Shown: positions 28,719 to 38,032 of the stretch, one piece after another
How the letters are laid out: each line of letters starts with the position of its first letter
Position numbering within the stretch: the first letter of the stretch is position 1
Source of the DNA: an uncultured Planctomycetales bacterium
GTDB lineage: Bacteria > Omnitrophota > Gorgyraeia > Gygaellales > Profunditerraquicolaceae
Length of the DNA stretch: 64,000 nucleotides
Direction of reading: 5' to 3'
Assembly: GCA_964542785.1 (NCBI GenBank)
Contig: CAZIUK010000004.1
Span: 3,691-67,690, forward strand
The notes under the pieces: model-generated
The model's database searches: none
Told to the model about the DNA's origin: nothing
The model's input: only the letters and a program-made list of their open reading frames with translations
Made by a program: the position numbers and the translations under genes

Positions 28719-29536
28719 AGTTTGCCGATTTACATTTACACACCAACTTTTCAGACGGGACCTACACTCCGGAAGAATTAGTAAAAAGTTCTTTAAACTC
28801 CGGGCTCTCTGCCATCTCTATAACTGACCATGATACTGTTTTAGGCATATCTAAAGCGATAGAGATAGCAGGATCTTGTGGCTTAGAGGTTATCCCCGGA
28901 GTAGAGATAAGCTCTGAGTATGAATCTAAAGAGGTGCATATCCTCGGCTACTTAATAGACTATAAAGCTGATAGCGTCTTAGCCCAGTTAGATACCCTTA
29001 GAAAAAATCGAATAGAGCGCATACACAGGATAGTTGAAAAGTTAAATTCTTTTGGGCTTAGTTTAAAAGCCGAAGATGTCTTTGATATTGCAGGAAAAAG
29101 TATCCCCGGAAGGTTGCATGTTGCTTGGGCCTTAGAGAAGAAGGGTTTAGTAAGCTCTATCTATGAGGCATTTAATAAATATATAGGAGACAACGGCCCG
29201 GCTTATGTCTTGGGTTTTCGCTTTAGTCTTAAAAAGGCAATTGATTTTATAAGCGGCAATGGCGGGATACCGGTCTTAGCGCACCCTTATACATTAAATA
29301 ATGATGCCTTAATAACTGATTTTATAAGATTAGGGATTATGGGCTTAGAGATTCATTACCCGGAGCATTCTCAAGGAACAGTGAACTATTACCTAAACTT
29401 AGCTAAGAAGCATAATCTTCTTGTTACCGGTGGCTCGGATTGCCACGGTAATGCTAAACCTAAGGTCCGTATAGGCTCTATGAAAATTCCTTATGCATTA
29501 GTGGAGAGATTAAAAGAAGCAAAGGAAAGGCTTTAA
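28715..29536 (+). CDS. PHP-family metal-dependent phosphoesterase (TrpH/YciV/HisJ-like)
   Basis: N-terminal FADLHLHTNFSDGT motif plus further His/Asp metal ligands (HILGYL, GGSDCHG). GTG overlaps the nusB stop (GTGA), and its own stop abuts the ribD ATG (TAAATG). Confidence 0.75.
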   Translation: MKFADLHLHTNFSDGTYTPEELVKSSLNSGLSAISITDHDTVLGISKAIEIAGSCGLEVIPGVEISSEYESKEVHILGYLIDYKADSVLAQLDTLRKNRIERIHRIVEKLNSFGLSLKAEDVFDIAGKSIPGRLHVAWALEKKGLVSSIYEAFNKYIGDNGPAYVLGFRFSLKKAIDFISGNGGIPVLAHPYTLNNDALITDFIRLGIMGLEIHYPEHSQGTVNYYLNLAKKHNLLVTGGSDCHGNAKPKVRIGSMKIPYALVERLKEAKERL

Positions 29537-30628
29537 ATGCAAAGAAGTGACGAGTATTATATGAGGTTAGCAATAAATCTCGCTCTAAAGGGCAAGGGGA
29601 GCACTAGTCCTAACCCTATGGTCGGAGCTTTATTGGTAAAAAAAGGAAAGATTATTGGCAGGGGTTTTCATATAAGGGCAGGTTTTCCCCATGCTGAGAT
29701 TGTTGCTTTAGATGAAGTAGGTTTTGATGCTAAGGGCGCGACTCTTTACGTTACCTTAGAGCCATGCGCGCATTTTGGGCTTACTCCTCCTTGTGTAAAT
29801 AGGATTATTGAAAGTAGGCTAAAGGAGGTAGTTGTGGGTATGGTTGATCCTAACCCGCTTAATAACGGAAAGGGTATTGCGATATTAAGGCAGTTTGGCA
29901 TAAAGGTAAGAGTAGGTTTTTTAGAAGATAAGTTAAAAGAGCTAAACAAGGTCTTTATAAAAAATATCACCAAGAAGCTTCCCCATATAACAGCTAAGGT
30001 TGCCCAATCTTTAGATGGAAAGATTGCTACTAGAACCGGACACTCTAAATGGATTACTTCAGATAAATCGCGCAGTATAGCTCATCGTTTGCGTCAGGAT
30101 TTTGACGGGATAATGGTAGGGGTTAATACAGTTTTAAGGGATGACCCGAAACTTAATGCGTGGTTTTCTAATAGACACCCGGTTAAAATAATTATTGATA
30201 GTCAGTTAAGCACTCCACAGGATTCTGCCATCTTTTCTAAGGGGGCTAAGGTTATAATTGTTACCCTGCCTTCTTTAGAAGGCCAAGAGACAGAGAATAG
30301 AAAAATGCTTTCGCAAAAAGCTACTATCTTAGAGGTTAAGGAGAAAGATGGACAGATAAACTTAAAAGATTGCCTTAAGAAATTATTAAAGTTAGGGGTA
30401 TATAGTATTTTAGTTGAAGGCGGGGGGACCTTGATTGGTTCCTTATTTGATCAGGCGCTTGTGGATAGGGTAATGTTCTTTATCGCTCCAAAGATTATCG
30501 GCGGGAAAGAGGCGATTAGCTCGGTAATGGGGCAGGGGGTAGCTTTAGTTGAGCGGTCAGTTAAGGTAAGCGATTTAAAGGTTAAAAGATTAGGGGATGA
30601 TTTTCTCTTTGAGGGAAGAGTAAAGTAG
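29537..30628 (+). CDS. ribD: bifunctional diaminohydroxyphosphoribosylaminopyrimidine deaminase / 5-amino-6-(5-phosphoribosylamino)uracil reductase
   Basis: Deaminase motifs HAEIVAL and PCAHFGLTPPC, plus a C-terminal reductase domain. Confidence 0.9.
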   Translation: MQRSDEYYMRLAINLALKGKGSTSPNPMVGALLVKKGKIIGRGFHIRAGFPHAEIVALDEVGFDAKGATLYVTLEPCAHFGLTPPCVNRIIESRLKEVVVGMVDPNPLNNGKGIAILRQFGIKVRVGFLEDKLKELNKVFIKNITKKLPHITAKVAQSLDGKIATRTGHSKWITSDKSRSIAHRLRQDFDGIMVGVNTVLRDDPKLNAWFSNRHPVKIIIDSQLSTPQDSAIFSKGAKVIIVTLPSLEGQETENRKMLSQKATILEVKEKDGQINLKDCLKKLLKLGVYSILVEGGGTLIGSLFDQALVDRVMFFIAPKIIGGKEAISSVMGQGVALVERSVKVSDLKVKRLGDDFLFEGRVK

Positions 30629-30629
30629 G

Positions 30630-31202
30630 ATGTTTACAGGGATAATTGAAGAACTTGGGAAAATAAAGAGGGTATTTAAAAGAGGCAGCATTACTTCTTT
30701 TGAAATTATCGCTGATAAGATTACGGAGGGGATAAAAATAGGGGATAGTATTTCTTGTAATGGGGTTTGTCTTACTTTAGTTAAGCAAGAGAAAAATCAA
30801 CTTACCTTTGAGGTTATCCCTGCGACGCTTAATGCCACTAACTTAAAATACTTACGCCCCGGAGAGTTGGTTAACCTTGAACGCAGTTTAAAAATAGGGG
30901 ATAGAATATCCGGGCACTTTGTCTTAGGGCATGTTGATTGTGTTGGGGTGATCCGCAATAAAAAGATATTATCCAAGGATGTAGCTTTTACTGTTTCTGT
31001 TTTACCTGAATATATAAAATATTGCCTCCCTAAGGGTTCTGTTGCCCTTGATGGGATAAGTCTTACTATCCAAGAGAAGGGATCTGATTATTTTATTGTT
31101 TCAATAATACCACACACCTTAAAAGAGACTACCTTAGGATTGAAAAACGTCTCAGATAGGGTCAATATTGAATTTGATATATTGGCCAAAAGGCCTGCCT
31201 GA
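30630..31202 (+). CDS. ribE: riboflavin synthase (alpha subunit)
   Basis: 190 aa with the MFTGIIEELG N-terminus and a duplicated lumazine-binding barrel. Confidence 0.85.
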   Translation: MFTGIIEELGKIKRVFKRGSITSFEIIADKITEGIKIGDSISCNGVCLTLVKQEKNQLTFEVIPATLNATNLKYLRPGELVNLERSLKIGDRISGHFVLGHVDCVGVIRNKKILSKDVAFTVSVLPEYIKYCLPKGSVALDGISLTIQEKGSDYFIVSIIPHTLKETTLGLKNVSDRVNIEFDILAKRPA

Positions 31203-31282
31203 AGGCATTATGTTAACTTCTCTTATTGCTAACCGTATTAATTTTTGATATACTAATCGCTAAAATAGTTTGTTTTTTCTTT

Positions 31283-31357
31283 CGGGGCGTGGCTCAGTTT
31301 GGCTAGAGCGCAGCGTTCGGGACGCTGAGGCCGGTGGTTCAAGTCCACTCGCCCCGA
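31283..31357 (+). tRNA. tRNA-Pro (anticodon CGG), no encoded CCA
   Basis: Acceptor CGGGGCG/CGCCCCG, anticodon stem CAGCG/CGCTG with loop TTCGGGA, T-loop TTCAAGT, discriminator A. Confidence 0.8.
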
Positions 31358-31425
31358 CTAAAATCTATTTTTTATGAAAAAATCACTACATGTTTTTTAC
31401 TCTGGAAAGGTTCAGAAGGTTTTAA

Positions 31426-33417
31426 ATGCACGATATAAAAAGCACTATAGAGTCATTAAGGGGTAAGATACGCCACCACGAGTATCTCTACTATATTTTA
31501 AGTCAGCCTAAAATTTCAGATAAGGAATACGACGATCTACTCTTAAGGTTAAAAAAGTTAGAAGATAAATACCCTCAGTATCAGGCAGATGATTCTCCTA
31601 CTTTACGCGTTGCCGGAGGAGTTCAGGAGGGTTTTAAGGAGGCCAGGCACGAAGAGAAGATGCTCTCTTTGGAAAACACTTACTCCCTTGAAGAGATAAA
31701 GGATTGGGATACCCGCGTGCGCAAGGGCCTGAAAGATATTAAAGATATAGATTATGTAGTTGAGCTTAAGATAGACGGAGTAAGCGCAAACCTTACCTAT
31801 AAAAAAGGTATCTTATCCATAGGAGCAACAAGAGGCAACGGAGAAGTAGGAGAGGATATAACCCAAAACTTAAGGGCTGTCTCTGCTATCCCCCTTAAAC
31901 TCTCATCTAAAGATACGCTTGAGTTTATTGAGATTCGCGGAGAGGTCTATATTGATAGAAAAGATTTTGTTGCCCTAAATAGACAAAGAGAAAAAGAAGG
32001 AGAAGAGGCATTTGCTAATCCGCGCAATGCTGCAAGCGGTTCTTTGAAATTACTTGACTCTAAGATTATACATAGCCGTAGGCTTAATTTCTTCGCGCAC
32101 TCTTTAGGCGGGGTGAGGGGTTTAGATATAAAGACCCACTGGGATTTCTTAACTAAATTAAAGGAGTGGAGGGTGTGTACTAACAACCTATCAAAACTTT
32201 GCAAAAGCTTAGATGAGGTATTTAAGTTTTGCCGTGAGTGGGAAGAGAAGCGCGATACTTTAACCTATGATATAGACGGGGTGGTAATAAAAGTTAATCA
32301 CCTTGACTATCAAAAAGCCCTTGGCGCTACCTTAAAGAGCCCGCGCTGGGCAGTTGCTTATAAGTTTCCTGCAAGGCAGGCGACTACCGAGGTTTTAAAG
32401 ATAAACCTTAATGTTGGCAGGACCGGCGTTATAACCCCGGCTTGCGAGCTTAAGCCGGTTGAGTGTTCAGGGGTTATTATACGCCATGCAACATTGCATA
32501 ACTTTGATGAGATCAAAAGGTTAGATCTTAGGGTAGGGGACCGTGTTTTAGTCGAGCGCGCAGGAGAGGTAATCCCTAAAATAGTAAAGGTAGTTTTGCG
32601 TTTAGGAAAAGAGCCATTTATCATTCCTAAAAAATGTCCGGCTTGTTTAGGTATTATTGTCAAAGAAAAAGAAGAGGATGTTGCCTACCGCTGCGTAAAC
32701 CCTTTCTGTCCTGCCCAGCTTCAAAGAGGAATTTTACACTTTGCCTCTAAATTAGCTATGGATATAGAAGGGTTAGGAGAGGCAGTAGTCTTACAATTAG
32801 TAGATCTAAAGTTAGTCTCAAACTTTTCCGATATCTATAAGTTAACTAAAGAGGATTTAGCAAGGTTAAAGTTATTTAAAGAGAAGAAGATTGATAACCT
32901 GCTCTTAGCCATTGAAAAGAGTAAGTCAGCCGAGTTATCAAGGTTTATCTATGCTTTAGGGATACGCCACGTCGGGGAAAAGGCAGCTTTTACCTTAGCC
33001 AATGAGTTTAAGTCCGTTGAGAGTCTCTTAAAGGTAAAGAAAGAAAGGTTAGAGAATATTAGAGAGATAGGCCCGGTTATCGCTGAGTCAGTTGTAAATT
33101 ATTTTGCCAATAGTTATGTAAAAGAAATGATTAAATCTTTACAAGAAGCAGGTTTAAAATTTTATTTAAGCAAAGAGCCTTTAAGGAATAATCTATTAAC
33201 CGGTAAGTCAGTAGTTTTTACCGGAGCCTTGAAGGATTTTACTAGGTATGAGGCAGAGGGGTTAGTAAGGCGTTTGGGAGGGGAGGTTTCTTCTTCGGTA
33301 AGCAAAAAGACCGACCTTTTAGTTGCCGGAGAATCCTTAGGTTCAAAGTATGATAAAGCCAAAGAGTTAGGAATTAAGATTATAAGCGAGAAAGAATTTA
33401 AGGAGATGTTAAGATGA
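31426..33417 (+). CDS. ligA: NAD-dependent DNA ligase LigA
   Basis: 663 aa with adenylation lysine motif KIDGV, an OB fold, a Zn finger (CPACLG...C..C), HhH repeats and a BRCT domain. Confidence 0.9.
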   Translation: MHDIKSTIESLRGKIRHHEYLYYILSQPKISDKEYDDLLLRLKKLEDKYPQYQADDSPTLRVAGGVQEGFKEARHEEKMLSLENTYSLEEIKDWDTRVRKGLKDIKDIDYVVELKIDGVSANLTYKKGILSIGATRGNGEVGEDITQNLRAVSAIPLKLSSKDTLEFIEIRGEVYIDRKDFVALNRQREKEGEEAFANPRNAASGSLKLLDSKIIHSRRLNFFAHSLGGVRGLDIKTHWDFLTKLKEWRVCTNNLSKLCKSLDEVFKFCREWEEKRDTLTYDIDGVVIKVNHLDYQKALGATLKSPRWAVAYKFPARQATTEVLKINLNVGRTGVITPACELKPVECSGVIIRHATLHNFDEIKRLDLRVGDRVLVERAGEVIPKIVKVVLRLGKEPFIIPKKCPACLGIIVKEKEEDVAYRCVNPFCPAQLQRGILHFASKLAMDIEGLGEAVVLQLVDLKLVSNFSDIYKLTKEDLARLKLFKEKKIDNLLLAIEKSKSAELSRFIYALGIRHVGEKAAFTLANEFKSVESLLKVKKERLENIREIGPVIAESVVNYFANSYVKEMIKSLQEAGLKFYLSKEPLRNNLLTGKSVVFTGALKDFTRYEAEGLVRRLGGEVSSSVSKKTDLLVAGESLGSKYDKAKELGIKIISEKEFKEMLR

Positions 33418-33911
33418 AGAGAGCAAGGCAAGATATAGTTTTAATACTTTTTTTAAGCATATTGGTTAACTTAACCGGTTGCGAAGCTTTTGTCCGTAAG
33501 TTTACCCGTAAATCAAAGAAAGAGAAAGCGCCGGAAGAGATGGTGCTTGTGCCTGAGGAGTGGACAGGACCAAAGATGTCCAAAGAAGAGCTTTACCGGC
33601 AGTATTATAATTTTTGGAAGTCTTGGCAGGATGAGTTAATCAGCGCTTTGGTAAATAAGTCTTCCTTAAAGAAGAGGGTAACTTGCGCAGAGCAGGCAGT
33701 AAAGAACTTAAATGGGATGCGTAAGATGTTAAATGAGACAAAGCAAAAACAGCTGGGTATCTACTTAAAGCAGATGGATAATTTGTTAAAAGACGTTAAG
33801 TCTGATATCTACGGCAGCGCAAATAATTCTAACCGCCAGTTAGCAGAGAGGGTAAAGAGAAATATCTTGCAGTATTTCTCTTACTCTGATGTTAAAGAGG
33901 ATATAATATGA
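33414..33911 (+). CDS. hypothetical lipoprotein
   Basis: Signal peptide with lipobox LTGC. ATGA overlap with ligA. No family recognised. Confidence 0.5.
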   Translation: MKRARQDIVLILFLSILVNLTGCEAFVRKFTRKSKKEKAPEEMVLVPEEWTGPKMSKEELYRQYYNFWKSWQDELISALVNKSSLKKRVTCAEQAVKNLNGMRKMLNETKQKQLGIYLKQMDNLLKDVKSDIYGSANNSNRQLAERVKRNILQYFSYSDVKEDII

Positions 33912-34519
33912 TTTTAGAGGCAGTATCCGTAGGGGGGATGTCGGTTAATTGCTATATCTTAGCAGGGGGAATAGGTAAGAAAGCTATAATCATTGACCCC
34001 GGAGATGAGAAAGATAAAATCTTTAAAGTGTTAGATAAGCATAAATTAACTCCAGGTATGGTTGTAAATACCCATGGGCATTACGACCATATAGCAGAGG
34101 ATGATAGTTTCGGTGTTAAGGTCTATATACATAAACTTGATCTTCCCTTGTTATTAGACCCGATGCTTAATCTCTCTGGCTTATTCTCTAACCCTGTAAA
34201 GGTTAAATCTGAGATTTGTTTCTTAGAAGAGGGTAGTATCGTATCTTTAGACGGAGTTGAGCTAAAAGTTCTGCATACCCCCGGGCATACAAAGGGCGGG
34301 GTTTCTTTATTATTGCAGAAACCTAAAAGTGATATAGTCTTTACCGGGGATACCCTTTTTTGCCAAGGCATAGGCCGTAGCGATTTACCCGGAGGAGACG
34401 AGGGGCTCTTAATCAGCTCCATAAGAGAAAAACTTATGACATTATCTTCTGAAACAAAGGTTTATCCGGGGCACGGGGAGAGTACTGAAATAGGAAGAGA
34501 GAGAAGGAACTTTTTATAA
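33908..34519 (+). CDS. MBL-fold metallo-hydrolase (glyoxalase II-like)
   Basis: THGHYDHI metal-binding motif plus downstream His/Asp ligands. 203 aa. Confidence 0.75.
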   Translation: MILEAVSVGGMSVNCYILAGGIGKKAIIIDPGDEKDKIFKVLDKHKLTPGMVVNTHGHYDHIAEDDSFGVKVYIHKLDLPLLLDPMLNLSGLFSNPVKVKSEICFLEEGSIVSLDGVELKVLHTPGHTKGGVSLLLQKPKSDIVFTGDTLFCQGIGRSDLPGGDEGLLISSIREKLMTLSSETKVYPGHGESTEIGRERRNFL

Positions 34520-35406
34520 TGAAAGAGCTGATAGAGGTTTTTCTTAATTACCTTTCAGTTGAGCGCGGGTTATCAAATAATACGATTGTATCTTACCGCA
34601 GAGATTTAAGTAACTACATTGATTTTATAGAAAAGAATAATATTAACTCTTTTTCAAAGGTAACCAAAGAGAGTATAACAGGTTTTATGCTCAGCCAAAA
34701 AGATAAAGGGATTGCCCCTAACTCTGTTGCCAGGAGGCTTGCGGCGATAAGGATGTTCCATAGGTTTTTAGCGCGCGAAAGGATACTTAGTAATGACCCG
34801 AGCACGCTTGTAGATTCCCCTAAATTATGGAAGCGGGTGCCTGATGCATTAACAGTAAACGAGGTAGAAGATTTAATATCTCAGCCTAATGTGCGCGATG
34901 CCCAAGGGATAAGGGATAAGGCAATCTTAGAAACACTCTATGCTACTGGTATGAGGGTGTCTGAGGCTGTTAACTTAAAAAAAGATAATGTAAACTTAGA
35001 TATCGGGTTTTTACGCTGTATAGGTAAGGGTAATAAAGAGAGGGTAATCCCTTTAGGCAAGAAGGCTATCGCAAATATAAAAAGATACCTTGAGGTATCA
35101 AGGCCGAAACTCCTTAAAAATAAAGAGTCGGAGTTTTTATTCGTAAGCCGTTGCGGTAAAAAAATTTCGCGTCAGTCCTTTTGGAAGATTATCAAAAAGT
35201 ATTCTAAGTCAGCGCGGATTAAAAAGCCGATTAAGACGCATACATTAAGGCATTCTTTTGCAACACACCTCTTAGAGCACGGAGCAGACTTGCGCTCAGT
35301 GCAGGAGATGCTTGGGCATGCGGATATTTCTACAACTCAGATATACACCCATATTAACAAAGACAGGTTAAAGAGCGTGCATAAGCAATTTCATCCGCGG
35401 CCTTAA
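34519..35406 (+). CDS. site-specific tyrosine recombinase XerC/XerD family
   Basis: N-terminal SAM-like core-binding domain and catalytic R...HxxR...Y (HTLRHSFATHLLEHGADLRSVQEMLGH...IYTH). Confidence 0.8.
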   Translation: MKELIEVFLNYLSVERGLSNNTIVSYRRDLSNYIDFIEKNNINSFSKVTKESITGFMLSQKDKGIAPNSVARRLAAIRMFHRFLARERILSNDPSTLVDSPKLWKRVPDALTVNEVEDLISQPNVRDAQGIRDKAILETLYATGMRVSEAVNLKKDNVNLDIGFLRCIGKGNKERVIPLGKKAIANIKRYLEVSRPKLLKNKESEFLFVSRCGKKISRQSFWKIIKKYSKSARIKKPIKTHTLRHSFATHLLEHGADLRSVQEMLGHADISTTQIYTHINKDRLKSVHKQFHPRP

Positions 35407-35424
35407 TTATTTTTATTTATTGAT

Positions 35425-36711
35425 ATGCTTAAAAAAGAAGTTATTTCAGGTATTTTAAGAGAAATTCCTAAAGAGTTAAAGAAGCTGATAAAATATATCC
35501 GCCAGTTTGCTTTATCTAAAGGGATTAAGGCTTACTTTGTGGGGGGGTTTGTCCGCGACCTTATCTTAAAGGTTAAGAATCTTGACCTTGATATAGTAAT
35601 TGAAGGCGACGGGATAAAGTTTGCCTCAGAGTTTTTGCTTACTCAAGAAGGAAAGATTACCGTGCATAAAGCTTTTGGCACAGCAACCATTAAATTAACT
35701 TCAGGGTTAAAAATAGATTTTTCAAGCGCAAGAAAAGAATCTTACCCTGAACCGGCTTATCTTCCGGTAGTTTGCCCGGGGTCATTAAAAGATGATCTTT
35801 TTCGCAGGGATTTTACAATTAATGCTATGGCGATTGATTTAGAGGGAGGGAAGGTTATTGATTTTTTTGGCGGCTTAAGCGACCTTAAAAATAAAAAGAT
35901 ACGCATATTGCATAATTTAAGTTTTAGCGATGACCCTACGCGCATACTAAGAGGTATACGTTTTGAACAGAGGTTTAGATTTTCTTTTGAAGCTAAGACG
36001 TTAAAGCTTATTAAGAAGGCCCTTTGCTTAGGGCTTTTAAGTAAGGTTCATCTTCATCGCATCAGGGATGAATTGGTTCTTCTTCTAAAAGAAGATTATC
36101 CGATAAGGGGAATTAAGCGCGCTGCGCAGTTAACCGGTTTTACTTTTCTTCATCCGAAGCTAAAGCTTAAAGTAAAAGAATTAGATTACTTACGTAGTTT
36201 AGAGGAAGAGATTGAATGGTTTAAAAAGAACTTCCCTAAGCGAAGAAGTTTAGATACTTGGCTGATTTATCTTATTGGATTATTAGAGTCCGTTCCCCTT
36301 AAACTAACTATTGATATTTGTAAAGGGTTAGGGTTGCGTAACGGAGAGATTAAAAGAATAATAACCTATAAACAGAGGCATCCGTTGATATTCCGTACCC
36401 TCTCTAAGAGTAAGGTTAAGCCTGCAAAGATTTATTCACTCCTTGAGCCTTTAAGTTACGAGACTATAATTGCAATCAGGGCAAGGTATAAGAACCGTTT
36501 TTTAAAGAAGGGCATCTTAAGTTTTATGGAAGTTTATAATGGGATGTGTGTGGCTGTTTCAGGGGATGATTTGCGTTCTTTAGGACTTTCCCCCAGCCCA
36601 AAATACAAGGAGGTCTTTTCTTTAGTTTTAAACGCAAAGCTTAACGGAAGGGTTAAGAATAAAGAAGAAGAGTTATCCTTAATTAAAAGATTATTAAAAA
36701 GAGGAGATTGA
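35425..36711 (+). CDS. cca: CCA-adding tRNA nucleotidyltransferase (class II poly(A) polymerase family)
   Basis: Head-domain motifs GGFVRDLIL and DLDIVIEGDG, plus RRDFTINAMA. Confidence 0.75.
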   Translation: MLKKEVISGILREIPKELKKLIKYIRQFALSKGIKAYFVGGFVRDLILKVKNLDLDIVIEGDGIKFASEFLLTQEGKITVHKAFGTATIKLTSGLKIDFSSARKESYPEPAYLPVVCPGSLKDDLFRRDFTINAMAIDLEGGKVIDFFGGLSDLKNKKIRILHNLSFSDDPTRILRGIRFEQRFRFSFEAKTLKLIKKALCLGLLSKVHLHRIRDELVLLLKEDYPIRGIKRAAQLTGFTFLHPKLKLKVKELDYLRSLEEEIEWFKKNFPKRRSLDTWLIYLIGLLESVPLKLTIDICKGLGLRNGEIKRIITYKQRHPLIFRTLSKSKVKPAKIYSLLEPLSYETIIAIRARYKNRFLKKGILSFMEVYNGMCVAVSGDDLRSLGLSPSPKYKEVFSLVLNAKLNGRVKNKEEELSLIKRLLKRGD

Positions 36712-36717
36712 GATATC

Positions 36718-37104
36718 ATGTCCAGACAAGATAGGGTAGCAGAGGCGATAAGACAAGAAGCCAGTATCATAATACACGATAAGTTAAAAGATCCCCGCTT
36801 AGGGTTTGTAACTATTACCAAAGTTGAGATAGCGCGCGACTTAAGGTTTGCAAAGATATTTTTTAGTGTCTTAGGAGATGATAAAGCGCATAAGGAGACT
36901 AAGGAGGCGCTGGATTCTTCTTTAGGATTTGTACGTACTCTTATTGCAGAGAGGCTTAATTTAAGGTTTGCCCCGGAGATAGCCTTTTATGAGGACCGCT
37001 CAACTGAATATAGCGTGAGGATTGAAGAGATACTTAATCAGATAAAGGAGAAGGATGAAGAAGATAGGTTTAAGAAACGTAATCGCAGAGATAAAAAAAC
37101 ATAA
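36718..37104 (+). CDS. rbfA: ribosome-binding factor A
   Basis: 128 aa with typical RbfA KH-like sequence (RVAEAIRQE...DPRLGFVTITKVEIARDLRFAKIF). Confidence 0.85.
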   Translation: MSRQDRVAEAIRQEASIIIHDKLKDPRLGFVTITKVEIARDLRFAKIFFSVLGDDKAHKETKEALDSSLGFVRTLIAERLNLRFAPEIAFYEDRSTEYSVRIEEILNQIKEKDEEDRFKKRNRRDKKT

Positions 37105-38032
37105 AGATTTTTTGCTTACCACGCATACTAATCCCGAAGGAGATGCCTTAGGCTCAGAGCTTGCTTTTTTTAACCTATTAAAGAAGTTGGACAAGAGAGT
37201 TACGGTTGTTAATCAAGACCCACTGCCTAAAGAGTATTCTTTTCTCCCCCTTGTAGGGCATATTAAACGTTATAGTAATTTAGGTAAGTATCTTTTTGAT
37301 TGTATGGTGGTTTTAGATTGCTCTGATTTAAACAGGACAGGGAATGTACGGAGGGTTAATCTTTCTAATAAGCCGGTTATTAATATAGACCACCATATAA
37401 GTAATGACGGTTTCGGGAGCACGAGATGGGTAGAACCGCATTCTTCTTCTACCTCTGAGATGGTCTATTTACTTTATAAGAAGATGGATATCCCTTTGGA
37501 TAAAAATTCGGCCTTGCTTTTATATACGGGGATAATGACTGATACCGGCTCTTTCCGCTATTCTAACACCTCTGCCCTTACGCATGAAGCGATAAGTGAT
37601 TTAATGCGTTTTAATATAGACGTGCGCAATGTTTATAAGCGGGTTTATGAAGATATAACCTTTTCTGACTCTAAGTTATTAATAAACATCTTATCTAACG
37701 TGCGTTTATCAGGAAAGGGTAGGATAGCCTGGGTAGAGGTCCCCAAAAAAATATTTAAAGGCAAAAAAACTATTTTTGATTTAAGTGAACATATCTTAAG
37801 TTTTATGCGCGCGATAAAAGGAGTAGAGGTAGCGGCACTTTTTAAGGAGAACTTTGGAGAAAGAAGAGAGATCCGTTTTAATCTTCGTTCTAACGGTAGG
37901 GTTGATGTAAATAAGATTGCCGCTTATTTCGGCGGGGGCGGACATAAGAGCGCTTCCGGTTGCACCCTTACTGGACGCCTTAGAGATATTCGTAAGAGAG
38001 TCTTATTTAAAATAAACACCCGCTTAAAATGA
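37055..38032 (+). CDS. nrnA: bifunctional oligoribonuclease / pAp phosphatase NrnA (DHH-DHHA1)
   Basis: N-terminal FLLTTHTNPEGDALGS, DHH motif (NIDHHISN), and DHHA1 GGGH (FGGGGHKSASG). Overlaps the rbfA 3' end by 50 nt. Confidence 0.75.
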   Translation: MKKIGLRNVIAEIKKHKDFLLTTHTNPEGDALGSELAFFNLLKKLDKRVTVVNQDPLPKEYSFLPLVGHIKRYSNLGKYLFDCMVVLDCSDLNRTGNVRRVNLSNKPVINIDHHISNDGFGSTRWVEPHSSSTSEMVYLLYKKMDIPLDKNSALLLYTGIMTDTGSFRYSNTSALTHEAISDLMRFNIDVRNVYKRVYEDITFSDSKLLINILSNVRLSGKGRIAWVEVPKKIFKGKKTIFDLSEHILSFMRAIKGVEVAALFKENFGERREIRFNLRSNGRVDVNKIAAYFGGGGHKSASGCTLTGRLRDIRKRVLFKINTRLK

